DNA of 64,000 nucleotides from Candidatus Uhrbacteria bacterium (GCA_016206175.1 JACQSB010000007.1:8639-72638), one strand, 5' to 3'. Counted from the first letter of the stretch, positions 10,093 through 20,432 are shown. Notes: generated by a model not told the origin, from the sequence alone. Made by a program: numbers and translations.

Positions 10093-11226
10093 TTATTCTG
10101 ATTTCTCAAGTACTGCCTGTTGCTCCGGGCTTTCTATTTCGCTTTTGATCTTATCCATAATGCGTGCCAGCGCGCGATCGCGAGTGCCGGCAACAGCGGC
10201 AAACTGTTTATCTACTTGCTCAATCCGAGCTCCAAGCAGGTCAATGGATTCTGAAAACTTTGCGTACTCTTGCTCAAACTTTTGGATCAAACCGATGACA
10301 GCGTGCAGATTTTCCTGATAGCGGAAATTCGTGTACGCCTGCTTGACCATGCGCAGCAGTGCGGTAAAGCTAAATGGTCCGGCGAGCACAACTTTTGATC
10401 GCAATGCCGTCTCCCATACATCGGGCAGCTCGCTATAAATAAAGGAAAAGATCATCTCGTTTGGAATAAAAAGAACAACAAAATCCACTGTCCTGTCTTC
10501 TATATTGATGTATTCCCTGCTCGTCACCTGTTTGATCTTCTGCTTAACGTCTTGCGTAAACTGACGCACATACCGTTCACGTTCCCCTTTATCTTCTGTC
10601 TCTGACATTTTGAGTAAGGCGGCATAGGGAAATTTTACATCAACATTGATTTTCGTCTGATCAGGAAGGTACACGATAAAATCCGGGCGCGTACTCACCG
10701 ACTCCTGTTCCTTGTTATGCACATAATCCTGCCCTGAAACAAAACCAGCCATCATCAATAAATTTTCTGCGACATGCTCGCCAAATGCGCCGCGAAGCTG
10801 ATTGTTTGACAATACACGTTTTAAGTCTGCCGTGGTCCCGTGCAAGTCCTTGAGTGCTTCACGCTGCGCTCCTAACTCTTGCTGGAGCGCGGAGAATGTC
10901 GAAATCCTGCTCTTATCTGACTCCTCCAAACGCTGCTTGCTTTCCGACAGATCACGGCGCATCTCTTCCACGAGCGATGCGATCGCATCTTTTTTGTGGG
11001 TAAGCTCGGTAGAGGATTGCTCCTGCAATGCCGCAAACCGCTCGCGCGCCAATGAAAAAAATTGCTCCTGTGTTTTTTGGAGCGTATCGGATGCAAGCCG
11101 CGCAAATACCGCCTCAAGATTTTCTTGCGCGTGCTTCGCAACGCCACGGGAGCGGACGATAAACCATGCAGCCGCGCAACCCAGCAGAAATGCGATGAAA
11201 ACACCAATAAGAAATGAGAGTGGCAT
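10093..11226 (-). CDS. rmuC: DNA recombination protein RmuC
   Basis: N-terminal TM, long coiled coil, and RmuC C-terminal domain (VDFVVLFIPNE...LAGPFSF). Confidence 0.8.
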   Translation of the reverse strand: MPLSFLIGVFIAFLLGCAAAWFIVRSRGVAKHAQENLEAVFARLASDTLQKTQEQFFSLARERFAALQEQSSTELTHKKDAIASLVEEMRRDLSESKQRLEESDKSRISTFSALQQELGAQREALKDLHGTTADLKRVLSNNQLRGAFGEHVAENLLMMAGFVSGQDYVHNKEQESVSTRPDFIVYLPDQTKINVDVKFPYAALLKMSETEDKGERERYVRQFTQDVKQKIKQVTSREYINIEDRTVDFVVLFIPNEMIFSFIYSELPDVWETALRSKVVLAGPFSFTALLRMVKQAYTNFRYQENLHAVIGLIQKFEQEYAKFSESIDLLGARIEQVDKQFAAVAGTRDRALARIMDKIKSEIESPEQQAVLEKSE

Positions 11227-11311
11227 TTTGATTCAACTAGAAAACTTTGATAGGATACATACGTTATGCGAGAATAGCGCACCTACGCGCACCCATCATA
11301 CCAACACCATC

Positions 11312-14056
11312 ATGAAAGAACAAGAACAGCAGCAAACGACCGCCGTGCCGTGGCATACAATGCCCCTGCAAGCAATAGAGGATACGCTTCACACAGAATT
11401 TGCTTCCGGCTTATCGTTTGATGAGTCGCGTAAGCGGCTTGCAACTTACGGCGCAAATCAGCTTGCGGAGGAAAAATATGATTCAATTGTCACCATTTTC
11501 TTCCGGCAATTTGCGAACCCTCTCATCGCGATCTTGCTCATCTCGTCGGTTGTGCTGCTTGTTATTCAAGAACTCTCCGATGCCGTTATTATCATGGTCG
11601 TTCTAACATTTAATGCGATCGTTGGCACGATCCAGGAAGGGCGCGCGCAAAAAACGTTGGCGGCGCTCAAACGGTTTGCCGTGACAAACGCCATTGTACT
11701 GCGGGAAGGAAAAGAACGGATCATACCTGATATCGATGTCGTCCCGGGCGACATTCTTCTCATTCAGGAGGGCTCAAAAATCCCTGCGGATGCGCGCGTT
11801 GTCGAAGCATACGGCCTCCGCATCGACGAAGCTGCTTTGACCGGCGAATCCGGACCGATCGACAAACAGACAAAGACTTTCAAAAATGTCCTGCTGCCTA
11901 TTGCAGACCGCACCAATATGCTTTTCAAGGGCACTGCCGTATTAAGCGGCAACGGCATTGCTGTTGCCGTTGAGACGGGCATGCGGACGGAGTTCGGGAA
12001 AATCAGCGTTGCGATTTCGAAAATTGAATCCGATATGCCGCTAAAACGCGATATCGCATCACTCTCGAAGATGATCCTAGCTGCCGTTGGCATTATTTCT
12101 GTCACGCTCTTCGTAGCGGGTATTCTTTTTGGTATGGGTGTTCTCCAAATGTTTATCGTGATTGTATCTTTGGCCGTTTCTGTCATTCCCGAAGGATTGC
12201 CGATAGTCTTAACCCTAGTATTGGCAAACGGCGTGTGGCGCATGGCGCGGCGCAAAGCATTAGTCAAACGCCTGCATGCTGTAGAGGCGCTGGGACAAAC
12301 GAATGTGATAGCGGTAGATAAAACCGGCACGATCACTAAAAACGAAATGGTGGTGCGCCTCGTGTATACAGACTCGACTTCGTTCGCTGTGACAGGAGAT
12401 GGGTATACACCGGAAGGATCAATTCTACAAAGCGATGCAACAATCCAGTCAGACCACTACCCTTCTCTCGTTCTATTCAATCGCATCGGTGCATTGTCTG
12501 CAAACGCCCATATCGCGTATCTCGAATCGGAGAAACGATGGACGATGTCAGGAGATCCTACGGAAGCGGCAATGGTTGTATTTTCATCAAAGTGCGGGGA
12601 TACAAAAGAAGCGCTTGACGAGGCCTATCCGCGCATCGGAGAAATTCCATTTAACGCAAGCGCAAAATACCATGCAACACTCATTGCGGAAAAAAACGGA
12701 TCAACGCTCGCGATAGCAGGTGCGGCTGAGATCATCATTGCTGCGTGCAAAAAAATCCGCGAAGGCGGCAAGGATGTAGCGTTCACCAAGGCGCGCAGGG
12801 AGGCATTTGAAAAAGCATACCACGATGCGTCCCGGAAGGGTCTGCGGGTGATTGCTGTTGCCTTTCGTGAGTTTCCGGCAAAAAAGCAGCACATTTCTCT
12901 CGAGGATGTCTCCACTCTTACTTTGTTGGGATTCTACGGCATTGAAGATACTATCCGCTCGGAAGTAAAACAAGCAGTAGAGCGCGTGCGGCATGCGGGG
13001 ATCCGCGTTGTGATGATCACCGGCGATCACAAATTAACAGGGGAAGCAATTGGAAGGAAGGCAGGGATATTTCAGGAAGGTGATGAGATTATCACTGAAG
13101 AAGAATTGAAAGAACTTACGGATGAACAGCTTGCCGGACGCCTTGCGCGCGTCACGGTCTTTGCCCGCGTGTCGGCAGAACACAAGATGAAGATCGTACA
13201 AGCTTACAAGCGTCGCGGAGAAATCATCGCCATGACCGGGGACGGCGTGAATGACGCTGCCGCGTTAATGGCAGCTGATCTTGGAATTGGGATGGGAAAA
13301 ATCGGCACCGATGTTGCAAAAGAAGCCTCTGATATCATACTGCTTGATGATAATTTTTCCAGCATTGTATCGGCAATTGAAGAGGGACGCTCAATTGTTC
13401 GGACGATCAAACGCGTCATCTTGTACCTGGTATCAACGAGTGTCGGGGAGGTGCTTACAGTTTCGGCTGCTGTCTTGTTTGGTTTTCCGCTTCCGCTTCT
13501 AGCCGCACAGATCATCTGGCTTAATTTGGTGACCGATGGATTTCTGGATATTGCTCTTGCGATGGAACCAAAACCAACTGATGTGCTCTCCCGCGCATTT
13601 GACCGTGATGGCAAGGGCATCTATGATAGGCTCATGAAACAGCGTACGCTGGTCATGGCGTTGCCAATGGCGATCGGGAGTCTGGGTCTGTTTACTGCTT
13701 TCTTTCAGGATGACCTTGCAAAGGCACAGACGCTTACGCTTATCACTCTTGCGTTTTTCCAATGGTTTAATGCTCTAAATTGCCGATCAGAAGACACCTC
13801 GATCGCGCGTATAAATCCGTTTTCAAATCCATGGCTTGTCGCCGCCTTGTCATTGGTAGCTGTCCTGCAACTCCTCGCCGTCTACTCACCGCTGATGCAG
13901 ACACTTCTGCATACCGTGCCGCTTTCACTCCAGGAATGGGGAATTGCCATTGCCGTTGCTTCAACCATCATTCTTGCAGAAGAATTACGTAAACTCCTTT
14001 TCCCCAAAAAAGGCCAACTCACCTTATGGAATCACTCCTCGACATCGACCTTGTAA
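11312..14056 (+). CDS. P-type cation-transporting ATPase (P2-type, Ca2+/Mg2+-like)
   Basis: Phosphorylation motif DKTGTIT, hinge MTGDGVNDAAAL, 10 TM segments. Start taken at ATG 11312; the upstream part of the table ORF overlaps rmuC and is not coding. Confidence 0.9.
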   Translation: MKEQEQQQTTAVPWHTMPLQAIEDTLHTEFASGLSFDESRKRLATYGANQLAEEKYDSIVTIFFRQFANPLIAILLISSVVLLVIQELSDAVIIMVVLTFNAIVGTIQEGRAQKTLAALKRFAVTNAIVLREGKERIIPDIDVVPGDILLIQEGSKIPADARVVEAYGLRIDEAALTGESGPIDKQTKTFKNVLLPIADRTNMLFKGTAVLSGNGIAVAVETGMRTEFGKISVAISKIESDMPLKRDIASLSKMILAAVGIISVTLFVAGILFGMGVLQMFIVIVSLAVSVIPEGLPIVLTLVLANGVWRMARRKALVKRLHAVEALGQTNVIAVDKTGTITKNEMVVRLVYTDSTSFAVTGDGYTPEGSILQSDATIQSDHYPSLVLFNRIGALSANAHIAYLESEKRWTMSGDPTEAAMVVFSSKCGDTKEALDEAYPRIGEIPFNASAKYHATLIAEKNGSTLAIAGAAEIIIAACKKIREGGKDVAFTKARREAFEKAYHDASRKGLRVIAVAFREFPAKKQHISLEDVSTLTLLGFYGIEDTIRSEVKQAVERVRHAGIRVVMITGDHKLTGEAIGRKAGIFQEGDEIITEEELKELTDEQLAGRLARVTVFARVSAEHKMKIVQAYKRRGEIIAMTGDGVNDAAALMAADLGIGMGKIGTDVAKEASDIILLDDNFSSIVSAIEEGRSIVRTIKRVILYLVSTSVGEVLTVSAAVLFGFPLPLLAAQIIWLNLVTDGFLDIALAMEPKPTDVLSRAFDRDGKGIYDRLMKQRTLVMALPMAIGSLGLFTAFFQDDLAKAQTLTLITLAFFQWFNALNCRSEDTSIARINPFSNPWLVAALSLVAVLQLLAVYSPLMQTLLHTVPLSLQEWGIAIAVASTIILAEELRKLLFPKKGQLTLWNHSSTSTL

Positions 14057-14637
14057 CAGTAGTACAAACAATCGGTATTGCGGGGATCGCGGGAGTGATA
14101 TTTGCCGAAACAGGCCTTCTGGTGGGCTTTTTTCTGCCGGGTGATAGCTTGCTGTTTACAGCGGGATTTCTCGCCTCGCAAGGGCTCCTCAATATTGTCG
14201 TTCTAACGCTTGTTTGCTTCGTGTCTGCCGTGCTGGGCGACAGCGTAGGATATGCGATCGGCCGACGGCTGGGACCGCGCATCTTTACGCGTGAAAACTC
14301 GCGCTTTTTTCAGCGCGAATATATCGAACGGACAAAAATTTTTTATGAAAAATATGGAGGCAAGACAATCATCCTTGCCCGCTTTATTCCAATCATCCGC
14401 ACCTTTGCGCCGGTTCTTGCCGGCGTCGGAAAGATGCACTACCCGAAATTTCTTTCCTATAACCTTATCGGGGGCTTTGCGTGGGGCGCGTGCGTACCGC
14501 TTGCCGGATACTTTTTAGGAAGCATGATCCCATCGGTAGACCGCTACCTGTTTCCGATCATCGGAGGGATTATTGTTGTGTCTATTGTGCCTCCTCTGTA
14601 CGATTACTGGCGACATCGCAAAATAAAAAAAGCGTAA
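14026..14637 (+). CDS. DedA-family membrane protein (SNARE-associated/TVP38)
   Basis: DedA signature GFFLPGDSLLFTAGFLA...ARFIPIIRTFAPVLAGVGKM. Overlaps the ATPase 3' end by 31 nt. Confidence 0.85.
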   Translation: MESLLDIDLVTVVQTIGIAGIAGVIFAETGLLVGFFLPGDSLLFTAGFLASQGLLNIVVLTLVCFVSAVLGDSVGYAIGRRLGPRIFTRENSRFFQREYIERTKIFYEKYGGKTIILARFIPIIRTFAPVLAGVGKMHYPKFLSYNLIGGFAWGACVPLAGYFLGSMIPSVDRYLFPIIGGIIVVSIVPPLYDYWRHRKIKKA

Positions 14638-14797
14638 ACTTCACGCTCGTCGCGAATTGTTTTCGGATAAGATCTTATCTAGCTATGTTCCTTCTTTAAT
14701 TTCGCAATTTCCTGTTTGAGCTCAATCATGCGCAATTCGCGTCCGACAAGTACCTTGTTGAGCTTTTCGGCTTGATCGCGCAATTCTTTTGCCTGTG

Positions 14798-15193
14798 TTA
14801 CATCCGGTTCAATTGCGATAAATTCATCACTTCTCCGCTCGTATCGAGAATAGGATAAATCCTCAACTCTTGCCAGTATTCAGTTCCGTCTTTTCTCCTA
14901 TTTTTTACTTCGCCGACAAAAGAAATTTTTTCTTCTTTTATCCGATGCCACATCTTTTCGTAAAATTTATTTGGCATATTCCCTCCCCAGAGATCGCCGG
15001 GATTTTTGCCAATGATTTCTGTAATCGGGTAGCCGGTTCTTTTTTCAACCGCTTTGTTAGCGTAGATGATGTTAGCGTTTGCGTCGGTGAGAACAATATG
15101 TTCATCGATCGCATCAAAACAATTGCCGATCTCTTTGTTTTTCTCAATGAGAATGTTCAGTTCTTGGGAAGAGAGTGCTTGGCGGTAGGGCAT
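14798..15193 (-). CDS. PAS-domain sensor protein (apparently frameshifted near its 3' end)
   Basis: PAS fold (IVLTDANANIIYANKAVEKRTGYPITEIIGKNPGDL...DGTEYWQELRIYPILDTSGEV). The -1 frame continues with the expected last PAS strand plus a coiled coil. Confidence 0.7.
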   Translation of the reverse strand: MPYRQALSSQELNILIEKNKEIGNCFDAIDEHIVLTDANANIIYANKAVEKRTGYPITEIIGKNPGDLWGGNMPNKFYEKMWHRIKEEKISFVGEVKNRRKDGTEYWQELRIYPILDTSGEVMNLSQLNRM

Positions 15194-15225
15194 AGATACA
15201 ACGTAAAAGTTGTATATCTATTATA

Positions 15226-15238
15226 CCCCCCCCCCCCC
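15226..15238. repeat. Homopolymeric C13 (G13 on the coding strand) tract
   Basis: Thirteen consecutive C. The tract lies 33 nt upstream of the PAS gene start and 25 nt downstream of the nrdB stop. Confidence 0.9.
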
Positions 15239-15262
15239 TCGATTGTTCAAATTGACGGAACA

Positions 15263-16297
15263 CTACCACTCCAACGTACCGCCGGTGGAGTATTCCGTGA
15301 CGCGTGTCTCAAAAAAATTCTTTTCCTTAGAAAGGTCGATTGCCTCTGACATCCATGGGAAGGGGTTTTGGCTGCCGTATTGCACGGGTAATCCAATGCG
15401 CACGAGCCTCCGGTCGGCAATATACTGGATATACTCTTTGAAACTGTCAGCGTTCATACCGAAGATGCCTTTCGGGAATACTTCGCGCGCAAAAGTATAT
15501 TCAAGCTCGGTGCCCTTTCGGATCAAATCAACAGCATGCGTCTGAAAATCCGGAGTCCACACCTCAGGCTGTTCTTCTTTGATGCCGTTGATGATATTGA
15601 TGCCAAAGTTCAAGTGCTGAGATTCGTCGCGCATGATGTATTGGATCTGCTCGGCGGATCCCACCATTTTGTTTTGCCGTTGAAAACCAAACATCACGGC
15701 AAAGGAGCTGTAAAAAAAGATCCCCTCCATGATGATGGAAAAAACGATCATGTTTTCCACGAATTTCTGATCTGCTGCAAGAGTGCCGGTCTTAAAGGCG
15801 GGGTTAAATAATCCCTCATTAAAGCTCAAAATGAATTCGTCTTTGTTGTAGATGGCGTCCACTTCGCGGTACATGTTAAAGATCTCTCCTTCGTCCAGGC
15901 CGAGGCTCTCCACGATGTACTGATACGAGTGGGTATGAATCGCTTCTTCGTATGCCTGCCGCAATAAATACATGCGGCATTCCGGCGATGTCACGTGGCG
16001 ATAGGCAGCCAAGACAATGTTGTTCGCCGCAATGGAATCGCCCGTCGTAAAAAATCCAAGCACTGTCTTAAATGCCGCACGCTCGTCGGGTGTGAGGACA
16101 TTCGGTGCCTTCCATTGCTCGATGTCGTTTTGCATCGTGATCTCGGTCGGGAGCCAATGATTGGCATTGCCGACATTGTAGGCTGTCCACGCAAACGTAT
16201 GCTTCATCGGATACAACTGAATGACATCGGCATCTTCGCCATTGATGATCCGTCTCTTATTGATGTTTACTCGTTCTGATGTCTTTGTGATCGGCAT
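15263..16297 (-). CDS. nrdB: Ribonucleotide reductase class I beta subunit
   Basis: Ferritin-like di-iron R2 fold (YEEAIHTHSY, IIMEGIFFYSSFA, RDESQHLNFG) and a C-terminal alpha-binding tail. Confidence 0.9.
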   Translation of the reverse strand: MPITKTSERVNINKRRIINGEDADVIQLYPMKHTFAWTAYNVGNANHWLPTEITMQNDIEQWKAPNVLTPDERAAFKTVLGFFTTGDSIAANNIVLAAYRHVTSPECRMYLLRQAYEEAIHTHSYQYIVESLGLDEGEIFNMYREVDAIYNKDEFILSFNEGLFNPAFKTGTLAADQKFVENMIVFSIIMEGIFFYSSFAVMFGFQRQNKMVGSAEQIQYIMRDESQHLNFGINIINGIKEEQPEVWTPDFQTHAVDLIRKGTELEYTFAREVFPKGIFGMNADSFKEYIQYIADRRLVRIGLPVQYGSQNPFPWMSEAIDLSKEKNFFETRVTEYSTGGTLEW

Positions 16298-16303
16298 AGA
16301 GAG

Positions 16304-19195
16304 TTATTGGCATGATTCGCAATCAGGGTCTTCAATCTTACATAACGGCACCCCTGCCGCCGCGATTGTTGCAACGACTGCCGGCACCACGTGCTGCTCA
16401 AGAGCAGATGCCATCTCAACGGGAGGAACAGGAGCAGATACGGCGATCGAGATCGCAGAACGAATCTCGGACTGCTGCGCCGATCCGAAGCCTTGCGCGG
16501 AAGACTGCTGTTTCCGCAAATGCGTCCCTGCATATTCTGTCGCGTCTAATGTTGCCTTCTCTACTTGAGATGCGGCGAGGGTGCGCAGGTAGTACGTAGT
16601 TTTTAATCCGATCTGCCATGCATACAAATACGTGTCGGAAAGTTTCTTTCCTGACGCGCCGTGGAAGAAGACATTTAATGACTGGCTCTGATCAATCCAT
16701 TTCCCGCGGTACGCCGCAGCTTTGATAATCCAAACCGGATCAATCTCAAACACCTCTTTGTACTTCTGCCGAATCTCCTGCGGTATCTCGTGAATCTCCT
16801 GGATAGTGCCATCATGGTACTTGATCTTGCCAAGCATCTCGTAGTCCCAGAGACCGGCGGATTTCAAATCTTCGACCAAATAGGGGTTCACAACAGTAAA
16901 ATCACCGCTCATGTTTGACTTTACGTAGATGTTTTTATAGATCGGCTCGATCGAGGGTACCGTGCCTGCGATATTAGAAATCGTTGCAGTCGGTGCGATG
17001 GCAAGACAGTTGGAGTTGCGCATCCCGTACCGACGCACAGATTGGCGCACAACGCTCCAGTCAAGCTTGCTCGTACGCGGCATGTCTATTTTCTGCCCAC
17101 GCTCTTGTTCGAGTAGATCAATCGTATCGACCGGAAAGAGCCCGCGATCCCACTTTGATCCGCTGTAGCTTGCATATGATCCTCGTTCGCGGGAGAGCGC
17201 ACTGGAAGCAAGGATAGCATGATAGGCAACCACCTCCATGCTCTCATCGGCAAAACGTACGCATTCCTCGGAGTCAAACTGTATGCCTTTCATATAGAGT
17301 GCGTCTTGGAAGCCCATGACTCCGAGACCCACAGGACGATGGCGGAGATTGGAAGCGCGAGCCTCCTTCGTGGGGTAATAATTCACATCAACGACGTTGT
17401 CGAGCATGCGCATCGCAACCGGAATCGTGCATGACAATAAATCAATATCAAGCTCTCTGCCTTTCATATGTTTGGCAAAATTGATCGATCCAAGGTTGCA
17501 TACTGCGGTCTCCTCTTCTGATGTATTCAGCGTAATTTCGGTGCAGAGATTGGAGCTATGCACGACGCCGGCATGATCCTGCGGAGATCGTACATTGCAG
17601 GGATCTTTGAATGTGATCCACGGATGTCCCGTTTCATACAACATGGAAAGCATTTTCTTCCACAAATCGCGAGCTTTCACGGTCTTGGTAAGCTGCATCT
17701 TGCCATCACGTGCGTCTTGCTCATATTTCCCGTAACGCTCCTCAAACCGTTTGCCGTACAGATGGTGCAGATCCGGCACCTCGTGAGGCGAGAACAAGGT
17801 CCATCCACCATCTTCCTGCACCCGTTTCATGAAAAGATCAGGGATCCAATTTGCGGTATTGATATCATGCGTGCGGCGGCGTTCGTCACCGGTGTTTTTG
17901 CGCAACTCTAGATAATCCTCAATATCATGGTGCCATATTTCAAGATACACGCATGCGGCGCCGCGGCGGCGGCCACTGCGGTTGATGGCATGCGTGGCGT
18001 CATTCGATACTTTCAAGAAAGGAACGACGCCCTGACTCTCAACGCCGATGCCTTGAATCAAGGCGCCAGTCGCACGGACATTGCTCCAATCCGTACCGAT
18101 GCCGCCTGACCATTTTGAGAGCTGGGCATTATCCGAAATCACTTTGAAAATATGGTCAAGCGAATCAGTGACCGTGTTGAGGTAACAGGAGGACAACTGG
18201 GGGTGCTCGGTGCCGGCATGAAAGAGCGTTGGCGTCGATGGCACGTAGCGCAGCGTTGATGCAACCTCGTAAAACTCTTTTGCATACCGCATCTTTTCTT
18301 TCTCTTTGAGCGCGAGGCCCATTGCCACCCGCATCCAGAATGCCTGCGGAGTTTCAAGAACCCGTTTCGCATAGGGATCGCGGAGAAAGTAACGGTCATA
18401 GAGAACTTGAGTGCCGAGGTAGCGGAGCAAATCATCCCGATCGAGTACAAGCTCTCTACTTAACCTTTCCAGATCGAACGTGAGTAACCGCGGATCAAGC
18501 CGGCCGATCTCAACGCCGTTTTTGATGTTTGCAACAAACGCTGTTCGATACTGCTGTTCCAGTTTTGAAACATCAAAGCCTTCCCCGATGGCTTCACTGT
18601 AAAGAGAATGGAGAAGCAGGCGGGAAGCAAGACGCGAATAGGCGGGGTCGACTTCGATGAGAGTGCGGGTAGCCATCACAAGGCCGTGGAATACTTCCTG
18701 CGTTGCAACGCCGTCATATAAATCGTTGCGGCATTGGCGAGCAACCAGGGCTTTGTCGATTTGATTTTCCAAACCGATGGTAAAATATGAAAGGCAGCGC
18801 TCAAGTTTTTCGAGCATAAATTGCTCGCGTGCGCCGGACCGCTTGATTACGACAAGCTCGTTACGTTCGATTTTCTCTCGGAGCTCTTGCTGCTTTGCAA
18901 CGCGCTGCTTGGTATGCTCATAGCGGTAGATGATGTACGCACGGGCAACGTCAAAATATCCGTGCTGCGCGATGATGCGTTCGGCGATATCTTGGACGTC
19001 TTCTACTCCGGGAACGATGCCTTCGGAAACGCGCCCTTCAAGAAGTGAAACGACTTCATCGGTGAGTGATGGGAAAAAACTGGAATCCACAATAATACCG
19101 CAAGCATTGAATGCTTTTTGCACTGCGCTTTCGATGCGGATGCGGTCAAACTCAACGATCGAGCCGTTGCGCTTCTTGATTTTTGTGAGAGCCAT
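16304..19195 (-). CDS. nrdA: Ribonucleotide reductase class I alpha subunit with two N-terminal ATP cones
   Basis: Two ATP-cone segments (KRNGSIVEFD..., VIKRSGAREQF...), catalytic NLCTEI region, C-terminal CESC redox pair. Confidence 0.9.
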   Translation of the reverse strand: MALTKIKKRNGSIVEFDRIRIESAVQKAFNACGIIVDSSFFPSLTDEVVSLLEGRVSEGIVPGVEDVQDIAERIIAQHGYFDVARAYIIYRYEHTKQRVAKQQELREKIERNELVVIKRSGAREQFMLEKLERCLSYFTIGLENQIDKALVARQCRNDLYDGVATQEVFHGLVMATRTLIEVDPAYSRLASRLLLHSLYSEAIGEGFDVSKLEQQYRTAFVANIKNGVEIGRLDPRLLTFDLERLSRELVLDRDDLLRYLGTQVLYDRYFLRDPYAKRVLETPQAFWMRVAMGLALKEKEKMRYAKEFYEVASTLRYVPSTPTLFHAGTEHPQLSSCYLNTVTDSLDHIFKVISDNAQLSKWSGGIGTDWSNVRATGALIQGIGVESQGVVPFLKVSNDATHAINRSGRRRGAACVYLEIWHHDIEDYLELRKNTGDERRRTHDINTANWIPDLFMKRVQEDGGWTLFSPHEVPDLHHLYGKRFEERYGKYEQDARDGKMQLTKTVKARDLWKKMLSMLYETGHPWITFKDPCNVRSPQDHAGVVHSSNLCTEITLNTSEEETAVCNLGSINFAKHMKGRELDIDLLSCTIPVAMRMLDNVVDVNYYPTKEARASNLRHRPVGLGVMGFQDALYMKGIQFDSEECVRFADESMEVVAYHAILASSALSRERGSYASYSGSKWDRGLFPVDTIDLLEQERGQKIDMPRTSKLDWSVVRQSVRRYGMRNSNCLAIAPTATISNIAGTVPSIEPIYKNIYVKSNMSGDFTVVNPYLVEDLKSAGLWDYEMLGKIKYHDGTIQEIHEIPQEIRQKYKEVFEIDPVWIIKAAAYRGKWIDQSQSLNVFFHGASGKKLSDTYLYAWQIGLKTTYYLRTLAASQVEKATLDATEYAGTHLRKQQSSAQGFGSAQQSEIRSAISIAVSAPVPPVEMASALEQHVVPAVVATIAAAGVPLCKIEDPDCESCQ

Positions 19196-19460
19196 ACGGA
19201 TTGGCGTTAGGCGTTAGGTCCTTCGAGAAAAGTCCGAAAAGCATTGTATCTCTAAAGCCGTCAGGCGACAAAAAAACGGACCCATAGGTTGTATAAGAGA
19301 CCGTTTTCGATTCAGTGACGTCAAGTGACTTCGGAAGAGTCTGTAGATCGTTCTGAGGCGAAACTCATCCTATCAATATCCACTAGGGGTGTAAAGTGGA
19401 TAAGTGAAAAATTGTCTGTCAAGCTGTGGCGAGATCACCGATATCACGGCACGGCGGCAA

Positions 19461-20426
19461 TCAGGAATCGGTGCTCGACTTGCCGTGGACGACGCACAAA
19501 TCCCCATGTATTTTATAGTATTCGTATGCTGACGTGGCGGCAACAGCACCCATGGCAGCAGCAGTAATATCCTGCTTAAACCCCTCAAACAGATTTATAA
19601 TATCTCCGGCGACAAACGCGCCCGGTACGCTCGTGCGCATCATTGTATCTGCCTTGGCATATCCACGCTCGTCTAGAGCAACGCCTGCCTTTTTGAGCAA
19701 CTCAGAGCGCGGCAAAAGCCCAACTTCGATAAAAAGGCCATCAACGGCTAAATCGATTGAGCCGTTGAATGGTTTGCTTAAAACAACTTTTTCAAATATG
19801 CCGGACCCTAAGATTTCTTTTACTTCTGTTTCAAAAAGCACTTCCACTTTATCGCCCAACTTTTTCATACGTTCATAATTGATCGGCTCTGCGGCTACTT
19901 TTGTGCCACGAACAATCAAGTAGATCTTTTTGGCGTACTCTGCTGCCAAATTGACTCCTTTCACGGATGAATCGCCGCCACCGACAACAGCAATGGTCTT
20001 GTCGCGATACAGCGGCCCATCGCACGTCACGCAGTAATGCACGCCCTTGCCGGTGAGCTCTTTTTCATTCGGAAGGCCAAGCCGCCGATGCTCCGTGCCG
20101 GTGGCAATAATAACGGTGTTTGAAAAATACTCTTCTCCTTTTTTTGTACGCAAGGTAAAACACCCGCTCTCGCCGCGCTGGATATCCTCAACGCGCCCAT
20201 CCCTGATCTCGATACCGAGATCAGTGGCTTGCTTTTTCATGTTCACCATGAGGTCAAACCCATCGATCGATGAGTATCCCGGATAATTCTCGATCGGACC
20301 GGCAATGCTGGTATAGCCGCCAAATTCGTCGCCAATGACCAGGGTCCTCATTCGATAACGGCCAGAATATACTGCTGCGGCAAGACCGGCTGCCCCGGAG
20401 CCGACAATAATGAGATCATACGACAT
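19461..20426 (-). CDS. trxB: Thioredoxin-disulfide reductase
   Basis: FAD-binding GSGAAG, redox-active CVTCDG, NADPH-binding GGGDSS. Confidence 0.85.
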   Translation of the reverse strand: MSYDLIIVGSGAAGLAAAVYSGRYRMRTLVIGDEFGGYTSIAGPIENYPGYSSIDGFDLMVNMKKQATDLGIEIRDGRVEDIQRGESGCFTLRTKKGEEYFSNTVIIATGTEHRRLGLPNEKELTGKGVHYCVTCDGPLYRDKTIAVVGGGDSSVKGVNLAAEYAKKIYLIVRGTKVAAEPINYERMKKLGDKVEVLFETEVKEILGSGIFEKVVLSKPFNGSIDLAVDGLFIEVGLLPRSELLKKAGVALDERGYAKADTMMRTSVPGAFVAGDIINLFEGFKQDITAAAMGAVAATSAYEYYKIHGDLCVVHGKSSTDS

Positions 20427-20432
20427 AGCGTA

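Noticed and set aside
10802-11311. 5' portion of the 1084-aa plus-strand ORF upstream of the P-type ATPase
   Set aside because: It overlaps rmuC on the opposite strand and is low-complexity, with no ATPase similarity. The conserved ATPase N-terminus begins at ATG 11312.
19380-19399. NrdR box upstream of nrdA
   Set aside because: Only loose resemblance (CCACT-N10-AGTGG) to the 16-bp NrdR consensus, no tandem second box, and no nrdR gene in the window. Kept only as a low-confidence regulatory candidate.
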